Virus record (IMG/VR): IMGVR_UViG_3300009702_000021 | Coordinates: 19,008-83,007 of that record | Length of the DNA: 64,000 bases | DNA from: a virus | Direction: 5' to 3' (one strand) | In this document: piece by piece, positions 47,190 through 56,882 of the stretch | Layout of the letters: each line of letters begins with the position of its first letter | How positions within the stretch are numbered: the stretch's first letter is position 1 | Notes under the pieces: model-generated | The model's database searches: none | The model's input: only the letters and a program-made list of their open reading frames with translations | What the model was told of the DNA's origin: nothing | Translations under genes and position numbers: made by a program

Positions 47190-48224
47190 ATGACACGCCT
47201 GGTGTTCATGAATGACCCCCACTACAGCAGGCACGCCCCGGAGTGCCGGGCGGAGTCCTACGCGCACGAGATCCTCGACAAGCTCCACCAGTGCGCCCGG
47301 ATCGCCGCCAGGCTGAAGGCGGAGGTGATCGGCTGTTCAGGTGATTGGTTCCACCGCAAGGGCAAGGTCACCTTCAGCGAGGCTAACGACATCCTGACCC
47401 TCCTGCATCAGTGGCGCGCCGGGTCCAGGAATCGGGACCCACTCGACGTGATCGGGATCCTGGGCAATCACGACATCGCCGGACACTCCCTGGATAGCCT
47501 GACCGGGAGGGCGGTCGGAGCGCTGGTCCACAGTGCGCTCCTGCACCTTCTGGACCATTCGCCATGGGTCAGCCGGAACAACAAGGTCGTCGTCACGGGC
47601 TCAAGCTACCGGCACGGCGAAGACGCCAACGACGAAGCGCGGCTCGAGACATACAGCGTCGGGAAGGAGTCCGAGTTCGATCATGAGGGTCGGTTCTGGA
47701 TCCACGTAGCCCACGGGACGCTGGTCAAGCGCGAATTCTTCGGGGACTACACCCGCATGGGGGACCTGGTCAAGTTACTTGATCAGTACGGTATCTGCCC
47801 GGACGCGATCGTCTGCGGTCACCTCCACTACTCCGAGGGGATCGTCAAGTTCGCCCGCCCCAGCGACGGGAAGCCGGTCAAGATATGCCGCGTCGGGTCC
47901 CTGGGCCGGGTAAGCATCGACGACCTCGAGAGGACACCTCAGGCCCTCGTCCTCGTGGTCCAGGACGGGCGCTGCGTGGCGAAGGCCGTCCCGATTGGGG
48001 AGGAGCCGAATCGTCGCTCTGCTGAACCGGCAACCTCGGGTAACGATGAGGACGCTGGGGCCTACGAGGCCAGGATCAAGGACTTCGTCAGGATACTCCG
48101 GGAGGAGGCCGACGACTGGTCTATGGCAGACCACCAAGACCTACTTCACAGATTAGCTGAGGAGATGGGTCACAACGAAGACGTCGTCGCAGCGGCTATG
48201 AGAGCCGTTGAGCGCCGGCAGTGA
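47190..48224 (+). CDS. sbcD: SbcD/Mre11-like metallophosphoesterase nuclease
   Basis: DPH, GDWFH, GNHD, GHLH motifs. Confidence 0.85.
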   Translation: MTRLVFMNDPHYSRHAPECRAESYAHEILDKLHQCARIAARLKAEVIGCSGDWFHRKGKVTFSEANDILTLLHQWRAGSRNRDPLDVIGILGNHDIAGHSLDSLTGRAVGALVHSALLHLLDHSPWVSRNNKVVVTGSSYRHGEDANDEARLETYSVGKESEFDHEGRFWIHVAHGTLVKREFFGDYTRMGDLVKLLDQYGICPDAIVCGHLHYSEGIVKFARPSDGKPVKICRVGSLGRVSIDDLERTPQALVLVVQDGRCVAKAVPIGEEPNRRSAEPATSGNDEDAGAYEARIKDFVRILREEADDWSMADHQDLLHRLAEEMGHNEDVVAAAMRAVERRQ

Positions 48225-48237
48225 TTAGGAGATTGAG

Positions 48238-48519
48238 ATGACGAGGAATGAAATCGCTGATGCGATCTATGAGCATTCGGACGACTTGGCGAGCAAGGCC
48301 AGCGCGAAGCGCGTGGTCGCCGCGGTGTTCCAGGAGATGTTCCACGAGCTGGGCCGCAAGGGCGAGGTCAGCATCGGTGGATTCGGAAAGTTCACTACCA
48401 AGTACCGTAAGGAGAGGGAGGGACGCAACCCGATCAACGGTGAACAGATCACGATCAAGGCGAGGTACGTCCCACACTTCAAGCCGGCCTCGGTGCTGAA
48501 GGATGCCGTTAACAGCTAG
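48238..48519 (+). CDS. hup: HU-family DNA-binding protein
   Basis: V.IGGFGKF...R.GRNP.NGE.I.I.A..VP.FKP. Confidence 0.95.
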   Translation: MTRNEIADAIYEHSDDLASKASAKRVVAAVFQEMFHELGRKGEVSIGGFGKFTTKYRKEREGRNPINGEQITIKARYVPHFKPASVLKDAVNS

Positions 48520-48526
48520 GGACGAA

Positions 48527-48587
48527 CAAGCCGGGGAGGCCGGTACCTCCCCGGCTTGCGATACCGCAAAGCTTGCGATACCGCAAA
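48527..48587 (+). promoter_or_regulatory. Hairpin overlapping a tandem pair of variant palindromes
   Basis: caagccggggagg/cctccccggcttg stem, then (gcttgcgataccgcaaa)x2 running into an AGGAGG RBS. Confidence 0.7.
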
Positions 48588-48596
48588 GGAGGTCAG

Positions 48597-48854
48597 GTGG
48601 CTGAGGACGTAGGCAAGCTGAGGAAGCGGATCGAGAAGGCGAAGGCCGACCTCGCACGTACTGAGGGAGAACAGGGGGCCCTGCTGAAGCAGATCGAGGC
48701 AGAGAAGGAGGCGCTGCGGGAGACGCTTGACTGCGAGCCAGGTGAGGAGAAGGAAGCGATCACGGCCCTCCGGAAGAAGATCAAGGCTGATGAGGTTGAC
48801 CTCGAGGAGTTGCTCGATGAGGCCGAGAAGCTAGCCCAGGGGGATCCTGAGTGA
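48597..48854 (+). CDS. Small coiled-coil protein
   Basis: GTG start after AGGAGG; heptad pattern; coupled to the SbcC C-half. Confidence 0.55.
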   Translation: MAEDVGKLRKRIEKAKADLARTEGEQGALLKQIEAEKEALRETLDCEPGEEKEAITALRKKIKADEVDLEELLDEAEKLAQGDPE

Positions 48855-49681
48855 CGGGCAGGCTCCAGAAGCTATCACGCCTGGTATCTCAGGCTGAGGG
48901 TGAGGTCAAGGTTACCGAGCGTAGCCTAGTGTCTGCCCGGCAGCGGAAGGCAACGGCGACCCAGAAGATCGAGACCCTTGAGGTCGCGAGTGAGCTGCTG
49001 ACCGCCGCTACCGAGGCCCGCCGGGAGGAGCTGCGCGACCGCGTCGAGGTCCTGGTGACTAGGGGACTGCGGGCGGTGTTCAACAGGCCTGACTATGAGT
49101 TCGCCTTCCGGGTCAACCTCCAGCGCGGCTACATGGGGATCGTCCCCGTGCTCCGGTCTGATTTCATGGGGAAGCGCCTCGAAGACGAGATCAGGGATAG
49201 CCGCGGCGGAGGAGTCCAGGACGTGGTCAGCTTCATCCTCCGGGTCGTAGTGCTCAGCCTCGCCCGCCCGGCTCTGGCGAAGGTCCTCGTGCTCGACGAG
49301 GCGTTCAGAAACGTCGCCGACGCCCACCTCCGTGGTGTCGCTACGCTACTGATGGAGCTAAATCGGAGCGCTGGCGTCCAGTTCATCCTGGTGACCCACA
49401 AGGCCTCCCTGCTAGATGCCGCTGACGTGATCTACAGGGCCTGGCTCGAGGACGGTGAGACCAAGTTCACGCTCGAGCACGACCTAATCGACGAGGACTA
49501 TCACCAGGCTCCGTCTCGCGAGAGGCTGAGGGAGGAGGAACACAGGTCGGCATTCCAGGACACGGACCTCACTCGCCCCGTCAGCGGTGAGCCAGCAGAA
49601 GCATCAGGCCAGGCTGGGATCGAGCAGCGCCGCCACGTCACGCGAAAGAAGGTCCAGAGGAAGAAACGAAAGCGTGGCTGA
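48851..49681 (+). CDS. sbcC: SbcC/Rad50-like ATPase, C-terminal half
   Basis: Coiled coil, SRGGG signature, VLVLDEAF Walker B, ILVTH H-loop. Confidence 0.8.
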   Translation: MTGRLQKLSRLVSQAEGEVKVTERSLVSARQRKATATQKIETLEVASELLTAATEARREELRDRVEVLVTRGLRAVFNRPDYEFAFRVNLQRGYMGIVPVLRSDFMGKRLEDEIRDSRGGGVQDVVSFILRVVVLSLARPALAKVLVLDEAFRNVADAHLRGVATLLMELNRSAGVQFILVTHKASLLDAADVIYRAWLEDGETKFTLEHDLIDEDYHQAPSRERLREEEHRSAFQDTDLTRPVSGEPAEASGQAGIEQRRHVTRKKVQRKKRKRG

Positions 49682-50138
49682 CCCAAAATCACTGCTCTAC
49701 GAGTTGGTCGATGAACACGGCGAGTTCGTGCGAAAGACCAAGCATGGTGGCGGGCTCTACATCATCAACGGTCAACGCGTCGTTATCCCCGGGACAGCTG
49801 GAGACTACCGCGCATGGAACAACAGCCTCGCCGACGTCAAGCGAGCTATCCAGGAATCCGATACTGGCCAGGTGCTAGGCACCAATGAGTTGGAGGACGA
49901 AGTGAGTGGATTCTCGAAAGAACAGATGCAGGCGATGGGGATCCACGTCGGGGAGAAGCGGGTCATCGAGGTCCGACAGGTGGCTACGCTGACCCTCAAG
50001 GCTCTCTCTGGCCTACTCGGACTCTCAGGCGGACAAGATGATGGGGATGCCATGCTGGCTCTCCGGGACGTCAACGGAAACGAAGTTGAGGGACCGATCC
50101 AGTTGATCAGAACTATGAAGGAGGAGGAGGAAGAGTGA
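49674..50138 (+). CDS. Hypothetical protein with a HicA-like N-terminus
   Basis: RKTKHG...VVIPGT.GD.RA..N...DVKR. Confidence 0.4.
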   Translation: MADPKSLLYELVDEHGEFVRKTKHGGGLYIINGQRVVIPGTAGDYRAWNNSLADVKRAIQESDTGQVLGTNELEDEVSGFSKEQMQAMGIHVGEKRVIEVRQVATLTLKALSGLLGLSGGQDDGDAMLALRDVNGNEVEGPIQLIRTMKEEEEE

Positions 50139-50452
50139 TTGTGTCAGCAGAGCAGGCCACGGCAGAGAAGGGCTATCCCCACCCGGGGAATCAGATCACG
50201 TTGCCGGACGGCGGAGGGGTGATCACCCTCCAGTACGGCCACCCCGGAGAGGTCGGCCGAAACGGCTGCTTCCCGACGGACGTGATCCAGGGGCTGATCG
50301 ACAACATCAGCGTCTACCAGGACCGCGGCCACCCGATGGCTACGAGAGAGACCGCCCTGGCGATCACCAGGCTCCAGGAGGCCAAGCACTGGATCGAACA
50401 CCGCAAGAACGAACGTAGGGATCGTGGCGTTCACCAGACGGATAAGCCGTGA
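50135..50452 (+). CDS. Tad1-like anti-defence nucleotide-sponge candidate
   Basis: Q.G.....NG....DV...LID....YQ......RE.A.AIT.L.EA..W...R...R..RGV. Confidence 0.6.
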   Translation: MIVSAEQATAEKGYPHPGNQITLPDGGGVITLQYGHPGEVGRNGCFPTDVIQGLIDNISVYQDRGHPMATRETALAITRLQEAKHWIEHRKNERRDRGVHQTDKP

Positions 50453-50679
50453 AGATCCTACTGAGCGAGGCCAAGCCGGGGCACTGGGAGATCGAGGTAG
50501 CGCCGACCCGGGATGATGAGGAGACGCCGTCGATCGCTCAGATCGTGCAGGTACTCAACACCGTCCAAGGGGAGCTGATCAGCCAGCTCGTGAGGAAGAA
50601 GAAGGAGAAGGCTGGGTCGCTGATCCAGATGCCTACCCTGGGACAGATTGACTCAGCCCAGCGCGGTAAGACCGAGTGA
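50449..50679 (+). CDS. Hypothetical protein
   Basis: Start overlaps the upstream stop. Confidence 0.45.
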   Translation: MKILLSEAKPGHWEIEVAPTRDDEETPSIAQIVQVLNTVQGELISQLVRKKKEKAGSLIQMPTLGQIDSAQRGKTE

Positions 50680-50709
50680 GGAAGGCGCTGGTGACAAGGT
50701 GAGTGACAC

Positions 50710-51150
50710 ATGAGCGGACTTCATGCAGACCCTCCGGACTGCCGCGCCTGTGGACTCTGCTGCATCGCCTCGTCGGAGCAGGATGCATGGGCTGACGTGG
50801 AGCCCGAGGACATTCGCCGGCTCAATCAGCGCTGGGTCTCCAAGAACGTATTGTTCAGCCGGCCCATTGACTTCTTGTCTGCGTTGATCGACGGAGGGGA
50901 GCCGGTGTTCGGCGCGATCCGCACTCAGGCTCGCAAGGTCAAGCGCGGGCCACTGAAGGGCTACTCGATCTGTGGGTGCGTGGCGTTGCGCGGGTCACCG
51001 CTCGGGCAGGTTAGCTGCACGATCTACACCCGACGTCCCAGCGTCTGCAAGGACGCGCTGAGCCCCGGTGACCGGGAGTGTCTCAGCCTGCGCGAGCTGA
51101 CCCGGGCCAAGATAGAGGCCGAGGCCGATCTGAAGGTCCTGGAGAGATGA
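50710..51150 (+). CDS. YkgJ/UPF0153-like Fe-S or Zn cluster protein
   Basis: CRACGLCC...C..L...CTIY..RP.VC. Confidence 0.75.
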   Translation: MSGLHADPPDCRACGLCCIASSEQDAWADVEPEDIRRLNQRWVSKNVLFSRPIDFLSALIDGGEPVFGAIRTQARKVKRGPLKGYSICGCVALRGSPLGQVSCTIYTRRPSVCKDALSPGDRECLSLRELTRAKIEAEADLKVLER

Positions 51151-51827
51151 GATTCATCACGGATCAGGATTTCAGGGAGTACCTCGTCGACGGCATGGCC
51201 CGGACCTACCGGGACTGCCAGGCCTGTCCCCTGTCCCGTCACAGGACCAACGTCGTGCTCGGTGACGGTCCGCTCGAGCCGCTCCTGGCGATCATCGGGG
51301 AGGCACCACGGGACGGGGCCGATGACTACGGCGTACCGTTCCATGAGTCTGATGAGCCGAGCCGACTACTCCGCCGGGCCCTGGAGAAGGTCGAGATCGA
51401 CGTTGAGCGGGACGCCTGGATGACCTACGTGGTGTCCTGCCAGCCACGCGATGACCGGAAGGCGCGGCCTGAAGAACGACGCGCCTGTACGGAGCGCCTA
51501 CACGCTGAGATGCGGATCGTGAAGCCCTACGTGATCCTCTGCCTAGGCAAGGCAGCGCTGCACCACGTCTGCCTCAACATCCACCGGTCTGACTCTCTCG
51601 GAAAGCACCGCGGCCTGGTCAAGAAGCAGCACTGGCCCTACGCGTCGTTCGGAGGTTGCGGTACCGCAAACCTCAAATCCGTCTTCGCCACCTACGACCC
51701 GGCCTACCTGATCAGGATGCAGGGCAGCGCAGATCAGCGAAGGATATCTCACCGGTTCGGACAGGACCTTCGCAACGTGAAGCGCGTCTTGGACAAGGTC
51801 GCCAAGAAGGTCAGAAAGACAGGATGA
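51147..51827 (+). CDS. Uracil-DNA glycosylase, family 4-like
   Basis: CxxCxL...V.G.G...IIGEAP...C.P...C...CLGK.A...TY.PAYL. Confidence 0.8.
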   Translation: MRFITDQDFREYLVDGMARTYRDCQACPLSRHRTNVVLGDGPLEPLLAIIGEAPRDGADDYGVPFHESDEPSRLLRRALEKVEIDVERDAWMTYVVSCQPRDDRKARPEERRACTERLHAEMRIVKPYVILCLGKAALHHVCLNIHRSDSLGKHRGLVKKQHWPYASFGGCGTANLKSVFATYDPAYLIRMQGSADQRRISHRFGQDLRNVKRVLDKVAKKVRKTG

Positions 51828-52213
51828 GCCAGCACACAACGCAACATGAACTTGATGTCGAGGGGTCGAAGTTCGCCGTCCTCCGCCGGAAGACAGTTTA
51901 CGAGGACGGTCAGTTCATCATCGACTACAGCATGGACAACGGCACCTCGTGGGTGAGCACGATGGCCGACGCCTACAACGTAGCCAAGAGAACAGGGAGC
52001 CTGACGGAGATCAGCAGGCCGATCACCGAGGGAGGTGAGTTCGAGGCCTTCCTGCTTGCCCTGGTCGAACAGCTCGGTGAGCTGAAGCCTGGTGAGCGCC
52101 TGATCCTCGCCCGCACAGATACACAGGTCGTGACCCTAAAGGAAAGTGCCGTGTTGGCTGTCCGGGCCTCGGCTATCGCAGATGTTGATTTGAAGATGAC
52201 GGAGGGCATGTGA
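51824..52213 (+). CDS. Hypothetical protein
   Basis: ATGA overlap with the UDG stop. Confidence 0.5.
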   Translation: MSQHTTQHELDVEGSKFAVLRRKTVYEDGQFIIDYSMDNGTSWVSTMADAYNVAKRTGSLTEISRPITEGGEFEAFLLALVEQLGELKPGERLILARTDTQVVTLKESAVLAVRASAIADVDLKMTEGM

Positions 52214-52536
52214 GCCAGGAGAGGTTGGTCGAGGTCTACTGCCAGACCGAGGACCGGGTAGCCGGGACGTTTCGCACAGTAGGCAAGTTGAACGCTGCCT
52301 CGATGAGGAACGTCGAGACCCGGGACGCAGCCAGGTGGCCGGTCCAGATCCAGGACGGTGTTCAGCTGCTCTGCCTGGGGTGTAGCTCACCGTTGTACTT
52401 CCGTGACGGTGAGGGTGGCATGATCGCCGCCGTGCCCGGCATGGCTGAGGTCTGTGAGGACACGGCTGAGGTCAAGGCCAGAGAGGCCCGCGCTGACGAG
52501 GCGTTGAGGGCCGAAGCGAAGAAGAAGGAAGGTTAA
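52210..52536 (+). CDS. Hypothetical protein with Zn-ribbon-like cysteines
   Basis: Coupled ORF; CLGC motif. Confidence 0.45.
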   Translation: MSQERLVEVYCQTEDRVAGTFRTVGKLNAASMRNVETRDAARWPVQIQDGVQLLCLGCSSPLYFRDGEGGMIAAVPGMAEVCEDTAEVKAREARADEALRAEAKKKEG

Positions 52537-53238
52537 ATGGCCCACAAGAAGGGCTGGGGAGACGAGAAGGTGGGACGGAAGCCCAAGGTCGATGACGAGA
52601 TTGAGCTGGACCTCGACGACGCGGATGACGACGAGATGTCGGCGCTGCTGGACGAGATCGAGATGGACCTCGGCAACAGTGAGGAGGACGGTGACGATAC
52701 GCCTCAGAAGCCGAAGAAGGCGGCCAAGGCCACCAAGAAGTCGAAGCGCCGGTCCAAGAAACCAGCGCCCGAAGATGAGGACAGCGGAGGCACGAAGGTC
52801 GCCAAGAAGAAGGCCAAGAAGGCGACTAAGAAGCGCGCAGTAAAGAAGGCCGCTAAGAAGGCGACATCAGAGGCCGACATTGAGGACCTCCTGGACGAAC
52901 TGCCTGACGGCGACGAGCCCAAGAAACCAGGGGCTAAGAGGGGTGATGTCGCCGCCGTAAGTGAGTGCCCTGTCTGCCGGTCCATCGATGACTGTGCCTG
53001 CAATGAGGACGACCGCGCGTTCACCCGCCGGACCCGGTTCGAGTCGGACGTCGAGACCGTCTCGCGCTGCCCGCGCTGCGGCCTCCCACTGTCAGTGCTC
53101 TACGTCCCTCGGGCCGGGACGTCAGCGCCCTATGACCTGAGCCACGCGGCAGCTATCTATGCGTGCGTCGTTCACGGTGGAGCCGGGATCGCCACCGTAG
53201 CCGCTATCCAGTCTTCCGGCATCGAGCAGGAGGACTAG
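52537..53238 (+). CDS. Hypothetical protein with acidic, histone H1-like Lys/Ala-rich and Zn-finger segments
   Basis: KKAAKKA repeats; CPVC and CPRC motifs. Confidence 0.55.
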   Translation: MAHKKGWGDEKVGRKPKVDDEIELDLDDADDDEMSALLDEIEMDLGNSEEDGDDTPQKPKKAAKATKKSKRRSKKPAPEDEDSGGTKVAKKKAKKATKKRAVKKAAKKATSEADIEDLLDELPDGDEPKKPGAKRGDVAAVSECPVCRSIDDCACNEDDRAFTRRTRFESDVETVSRCPRCGLPLSVLYVPRAGTSAPYDLSHAAAIYACVVHGGAGIATVAAIQSSGIEQED

Positions 53239-53879
53239 ACGTGCTTGGGCGGCCGTGCCCCCATCCGGTGGACCCGATCCCCGGCAGGCGGGCACTGGCC
53301 GCCCATGCTCTAGGACTATCACTAGTCACCGACAATGTCACAGCAAAGGAGAGCAGATGCCACAAGCCGAGCAGCAGGTAACCGTTACGGTCATCGTCCT
53401 GGTCGAGGGACAGGAAGCCATGAGGGGGCAGGCGACGATCCCGCCCTACAAGCGTGCGTCTATCGAGGACCATATCGTGCAGGGCACGGTCCGCAGCGCC
53501 GCCTTGAGGGCGCTGTCGACGACACCGCTGTTGAACACCCACCAGGTCTGGGACAGGCTCCACTCAGTCTGGCAGGTCGGCGAGGAGCGCCGGCAGATCG
53601 CTGAGCTGGAGGCCTCCGGCGCGGACATCGAGGACTAGCCATGATCGACGTCAAGACCGAGACCAAGCCAGAGACTAGCCACGGATCCGGGTCACCGATC
53701 GTGTCCCCGCGCCATATCGTGGAGAACGTGGGATTCGGTCGGGACCCTGACGACCCACAGGCTCCGTTCAGGGCGGCAGACACGACGCTCTGCGGGGAGC
53801 CCTGGGACCGGTTGAACGTCAAGCACAATGGTGCGATCTGCCAGAAGTGCGTGGACGAACAACGACGGAGAGCAAGCCG

Positions 53880-54569
53880 ATGAGCGATGACTACAAGCAA
53901 CAGGTCGAGCTGATCAAGAAGCAGTGCAAGGTGGCGGGTCGGAAGCGCAAGAGCAAGCCGAACGTCCTGGTCTTCCGATCCTCCGGGACCGGCAGGGTCG
54001 GAGACCTGGTGACATTCGGTCCGCCCTGCGCACACGACCTGCGCTGGTCCTGTCTGCTCCTCGGGGAGGCACCGAATCGTTGGCAGGGGGAGGATCCGAT
54101 CCAGCGCGGCCGGCACACGCTCTATCGCGAGGACCTGGCCGAGCTATGCGGGCTCACGATGCCAGCGTTCTACCGCTGTTTCGTCCGAGCGAATCTCCTG
54201 AGCCGCTGGCCCGGTCGCTCCGGCCGGGGCTCAGCCTTCCCGCCCGCAGAGGCTCGTAGACGAGCCGAGAGCGTCGCACAGCACCTCGGGTCCTTCCGCA
54301 GCGTGGTCCTGGTCGGGAGACGAGTGGCGCGAGCCTTTGGGCGCTACAAGCAGGACTGGTACGCCTGGTACGACGACGGACCCCGGGTAGCGGTCGTCCC
54401 GCACCCGAGCCGGGTCAACCGCTACTGGAACGACCCGGCCAACGTCCGCGCCGCCGAGGCGTTCTTCCGACTCCTGGCCGAGGGTATCCTCGAGCCGCTC
54501 CGGGCTGAGAGTTTGCGGCGCCGCAATTTGATCGCCGCGGGGCGTGACCCCGACAAGGAGACGCGGTGA
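53880..54569 (+). CDS. Second UDG-superfamily protein
   Basis: LLGEAP...NLL...VVLVGRRVA...VPHPS..NR.WN. Confidence 0.65.
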   Translation: MSDDYKQQVELIKKQCKVAGRKRKSKPNVLVFRSSGTGRVGDLVTFGPPCAHDLRWSCLLLGEAPNRWQGEDPIQRGRHTLYREDLAELCGLTMPAFYRCFVRANLLSRWPGRSGRGSAFPPAEARRRAESVAQHLGSFRSVVLVGRRVARAFGRYKQDWYAWYDDGPRVAVVPHPSRVNRYWNDPANVRAAEAFFRLLAEGILEPLRAESLRRRNLIAAGRDPDKETR

Positions 54570-55084
54570 AGGCCGTTCTCATGGTCGCAGCCAAGGACCT
54601 GCGTGCCGGCGACTGGATCTGGCAAGCCGCACTCTCGCACCAGTCGATGAGTGGATACCGCCGGGTCACGTCGCTGCGGGTCATCGGCGACAACATCCAC
54701 GTAGACCTAGCGACCGGGTGGAGTACTGCCTACCACCCCAGAGAGAGCGTGGCCATTGAACGAGACATAAGGGGAGACACCGTGAAGGTTGAGCACCGTG
54801 AGACCAAGTGGGGGCGGATGTTCCGCCTCGGTGAGGCCGAGGTCATGCACTTCGACAAGCCCGGAAAGTTCCACGCCCACCAGGACCAGACTGAGATCGT
54901 GTATTGCGTCGCCGGGATGGGAGACGTGGTCGAGCAAGACGGGCCCGACGATGAGGTCAGAAAGCCCTGCACCCCAGGGTGCGTGATCGAGGTCGGGTAT
55001 GCCGTTCCTCACCGGATGGAGCCTGACCCGCTCGGGCCTGGGCTGACGTGCCTAATCACCTATCAACCGAAGGAGACGACATGA
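54566..55084 (+). CDS. Cupin-domain protein
   Basis: H.H...E..Y...G.G...PH motif in the C-terminal half. Confidence 0.55.
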   Translation: MKAVLMVAAKDLRAGDWIWQAALSHQSMSGYRRVTSLRVIGDNIHVDLATGWSTAYHPRESVAIERDIRGDTVKVEHRETKWGRMFRLGEAEVMHFDKPGKFHAHQDQTEIVYCVAGMGDVVEQDGPDDEVRKPCTPGCVIEVGYAVPHRMEPDPLGPGLTCLITYQPKETT

Positions 55085-55740
55085 GGCTACTGTGTTGATG
55101 AGGCTACTGTGTTGGATGATCGCCCTCTTCACGGGTGGATTCCGGGGCCACCGCTGGCGGATGGTGCGGATCAATCCGGCTAAGCACGTCTCCATCATGC
55201 ACCTCCACACCATGGCCGGCCTCGACGCTGACTGCGTCCGCTGCGGAGCAGAATGGCGGGACGCCCAGCCGGCCGTTTCCCCGTGGTCCAGGGTCGAGGA
55301 CGTCGAGGGCGTGTTCTACGTCTATCCCTGGGACAGGCCGACGCACGAAACAGTCAACAAGGAGACGACGTGAGCAAGGACAACGAGATCAAGGTCAGCG
55401 GGGTCACGAAGCTGCCGGACGGGAGCGGGTTCGCCACTGCGAGCACTCCTCTCTCGAAGGACCACTGGCTGTATGCCGAACCCTCGAGCGGCTATGAAGC
55501 TCCACCGATGCCACTGCGGATGGGGAAGGGCTCACCCAAGCGGCGCGAGATGACTGAGATGCTCAGGGCCGCCGGTCGATACGCGATCCGGGCCGCGACG
55601 ATGAACGGACAGGACGAGGACTTCGACCCAGACGCGATGATCCAGAACCTCGTCGTCGGGATGTTCGGCTACCACACCGACGACGGACTCTCAGGCGACG
55701 ACTGGGCCAACCCCGACCCGATCCCGCAGCGCGCCGACGC

Positions 55741-56601
55741 ATGAGGTCCCGCCGCGGAGGGCGCACGCTCGATTTGGTCCAGGCCGACATCCTGTCCTAC
55801 CGACCGGAGCCGGAGTCGGTCGACGTGATCATGACCTCGCCGCCCTACAAGGACGAGGACGGCTGGACGCGCGAGCTGATGTACGCCCTGGGGAAGGTGG
55901 CCCGGGAGGCCCTCCGGCCCGGAGGCCGCCTATTCGTCAACCTGGGGCAGCTGCGCGGCAACTATGACCGCCCGATGAGGTCCTGGGGTGCGATCAGGAC
56001 CTCGGGGCTCAAGCCCGGCCAGACGATCGCATGGGTCAAGAGCGCCGTCGTGCCGTCCTGGCGAGAGGCCGTCCTGGAGGCCCTCCGGGACCCGGACTGC
56101 ACGCCAGAGATGGTGAGGAAGATCCTCGAGGCGCCGGGACGGCCGACGCAGCGCGGGCACTACACGCCGATCACGCTCAAGAGCCCGACGCTCAACTACG
56201 GCTGGGAGTTCGTGTTCACGTTCTGGAAGCCACCGGAACGCGCGATGGACCGGCTCTCGATCGGCGTCCCTCACACCGACCCGAGCAACCGGGACCGCGG
56301 GACGCGGGGTAAGCACGGAGGGCTGCACTGCGCCGGAGACGTCTGGGTAATTCCCTATCGGACTACTGGCGCGAAGACCAAGAAGACGACCGCTGGGCTC
56401 CAGGGCGCCTACTCGTTCCCGGACGAGTTAGCCCGCCGGGCGATCAAGCTATGTGGCCTCGAGCCGGGCAGTACGGTGATGGACCCGTTCTGCGGAGGAG
56501 GCACGGTGCTCCGGGTAGCCCGAGAGCTAGGACACGACGCGGTAGGGATCGACCTGAACCGCGAGGCGCTGAAGGTCGCCTGGAAGACGTGGGCCGGTTA
56601 G
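55741..56601 (+). CDS. DNA methyltransferase (N4-C/N6-A, beta class)
   Basis: TSPPY catalytic motif and DPFCGGGT SAM-binding motif. Confidence 0.9.
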   Translation: MRSRRGGRTLDLVQADILSYRPEPESVDVIMTSPPYKDEDGWTRELMYALGKVAREALRPGGRLFVNLGQLRGNYDRPMRSWGAIRTSGLKPGQTIAWVKSAVVPSWREAVLEALRDPDCTPEMVRKILEAPGRPTQRGHYTPITLKSPTLNYGWEFVFTFWKPPERAMDRLSIGVPHTDPSNRDRGTRGKHGGLHCAGDVWVIPYRTTGAKTKKTTAGLQGAYSFPDELARRAIKLCGLEPGSTVMDPFCGGGTVLRVARELGHDAVGIDLNREALKVAWKTWAG

Positions 56602-56882
56602 CCGATCAGGTCTGGTGCGTAGGCCTCGAGGTGCTGGCGGTGGACGCCGGTCCGGCCGTCGACGGCATTTTCGACCGTGACCCCGAGGTCGGTCAGCCAG
56701 CGCCGGTCGGTGAGCGGGAGGTCCTCCCAGATTGGTGCCAGGTCCCCGCGGTAGAAGGAGCGGACGATAGCCCCAGCGCGGTAGTCGTCGACCTGGACGA
56801 CACGCTCGTGATCCTCGATCGAACTACCGGGACCGGGAGTGAAGGCGAACAGGGTCAGGGGGACGGTGGTCGTTGTGGTCAT
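56598..56882 (-). CDS. Hypothetical protein, the only plausible minus-strand gene
   Basis: Convergent with the methyltransferase; GC3-rich codons on the minus strand; AT-richer upstream region. Confidence 0.5.
   Translation of the reverse strand: MTTTTTVPLTLFAFTPGPGSSIEDHERVVQVDDYRAGAIVRSFYRGDLAPIWEDLPLTDRRWLTDLGVTVENAVDGRTGVHRQHLEAYAPDLIG

Noticed and set aside
44843-47193. Functional calls for the cluster of small ORFs between the sbcC N-half and sbcD (and at 53.3-53.9, 55.1-55.7 and 57.5-60.3 kb)
   Set aside because: Probably real, translationally coupled phage genes, but I found no motif I can support
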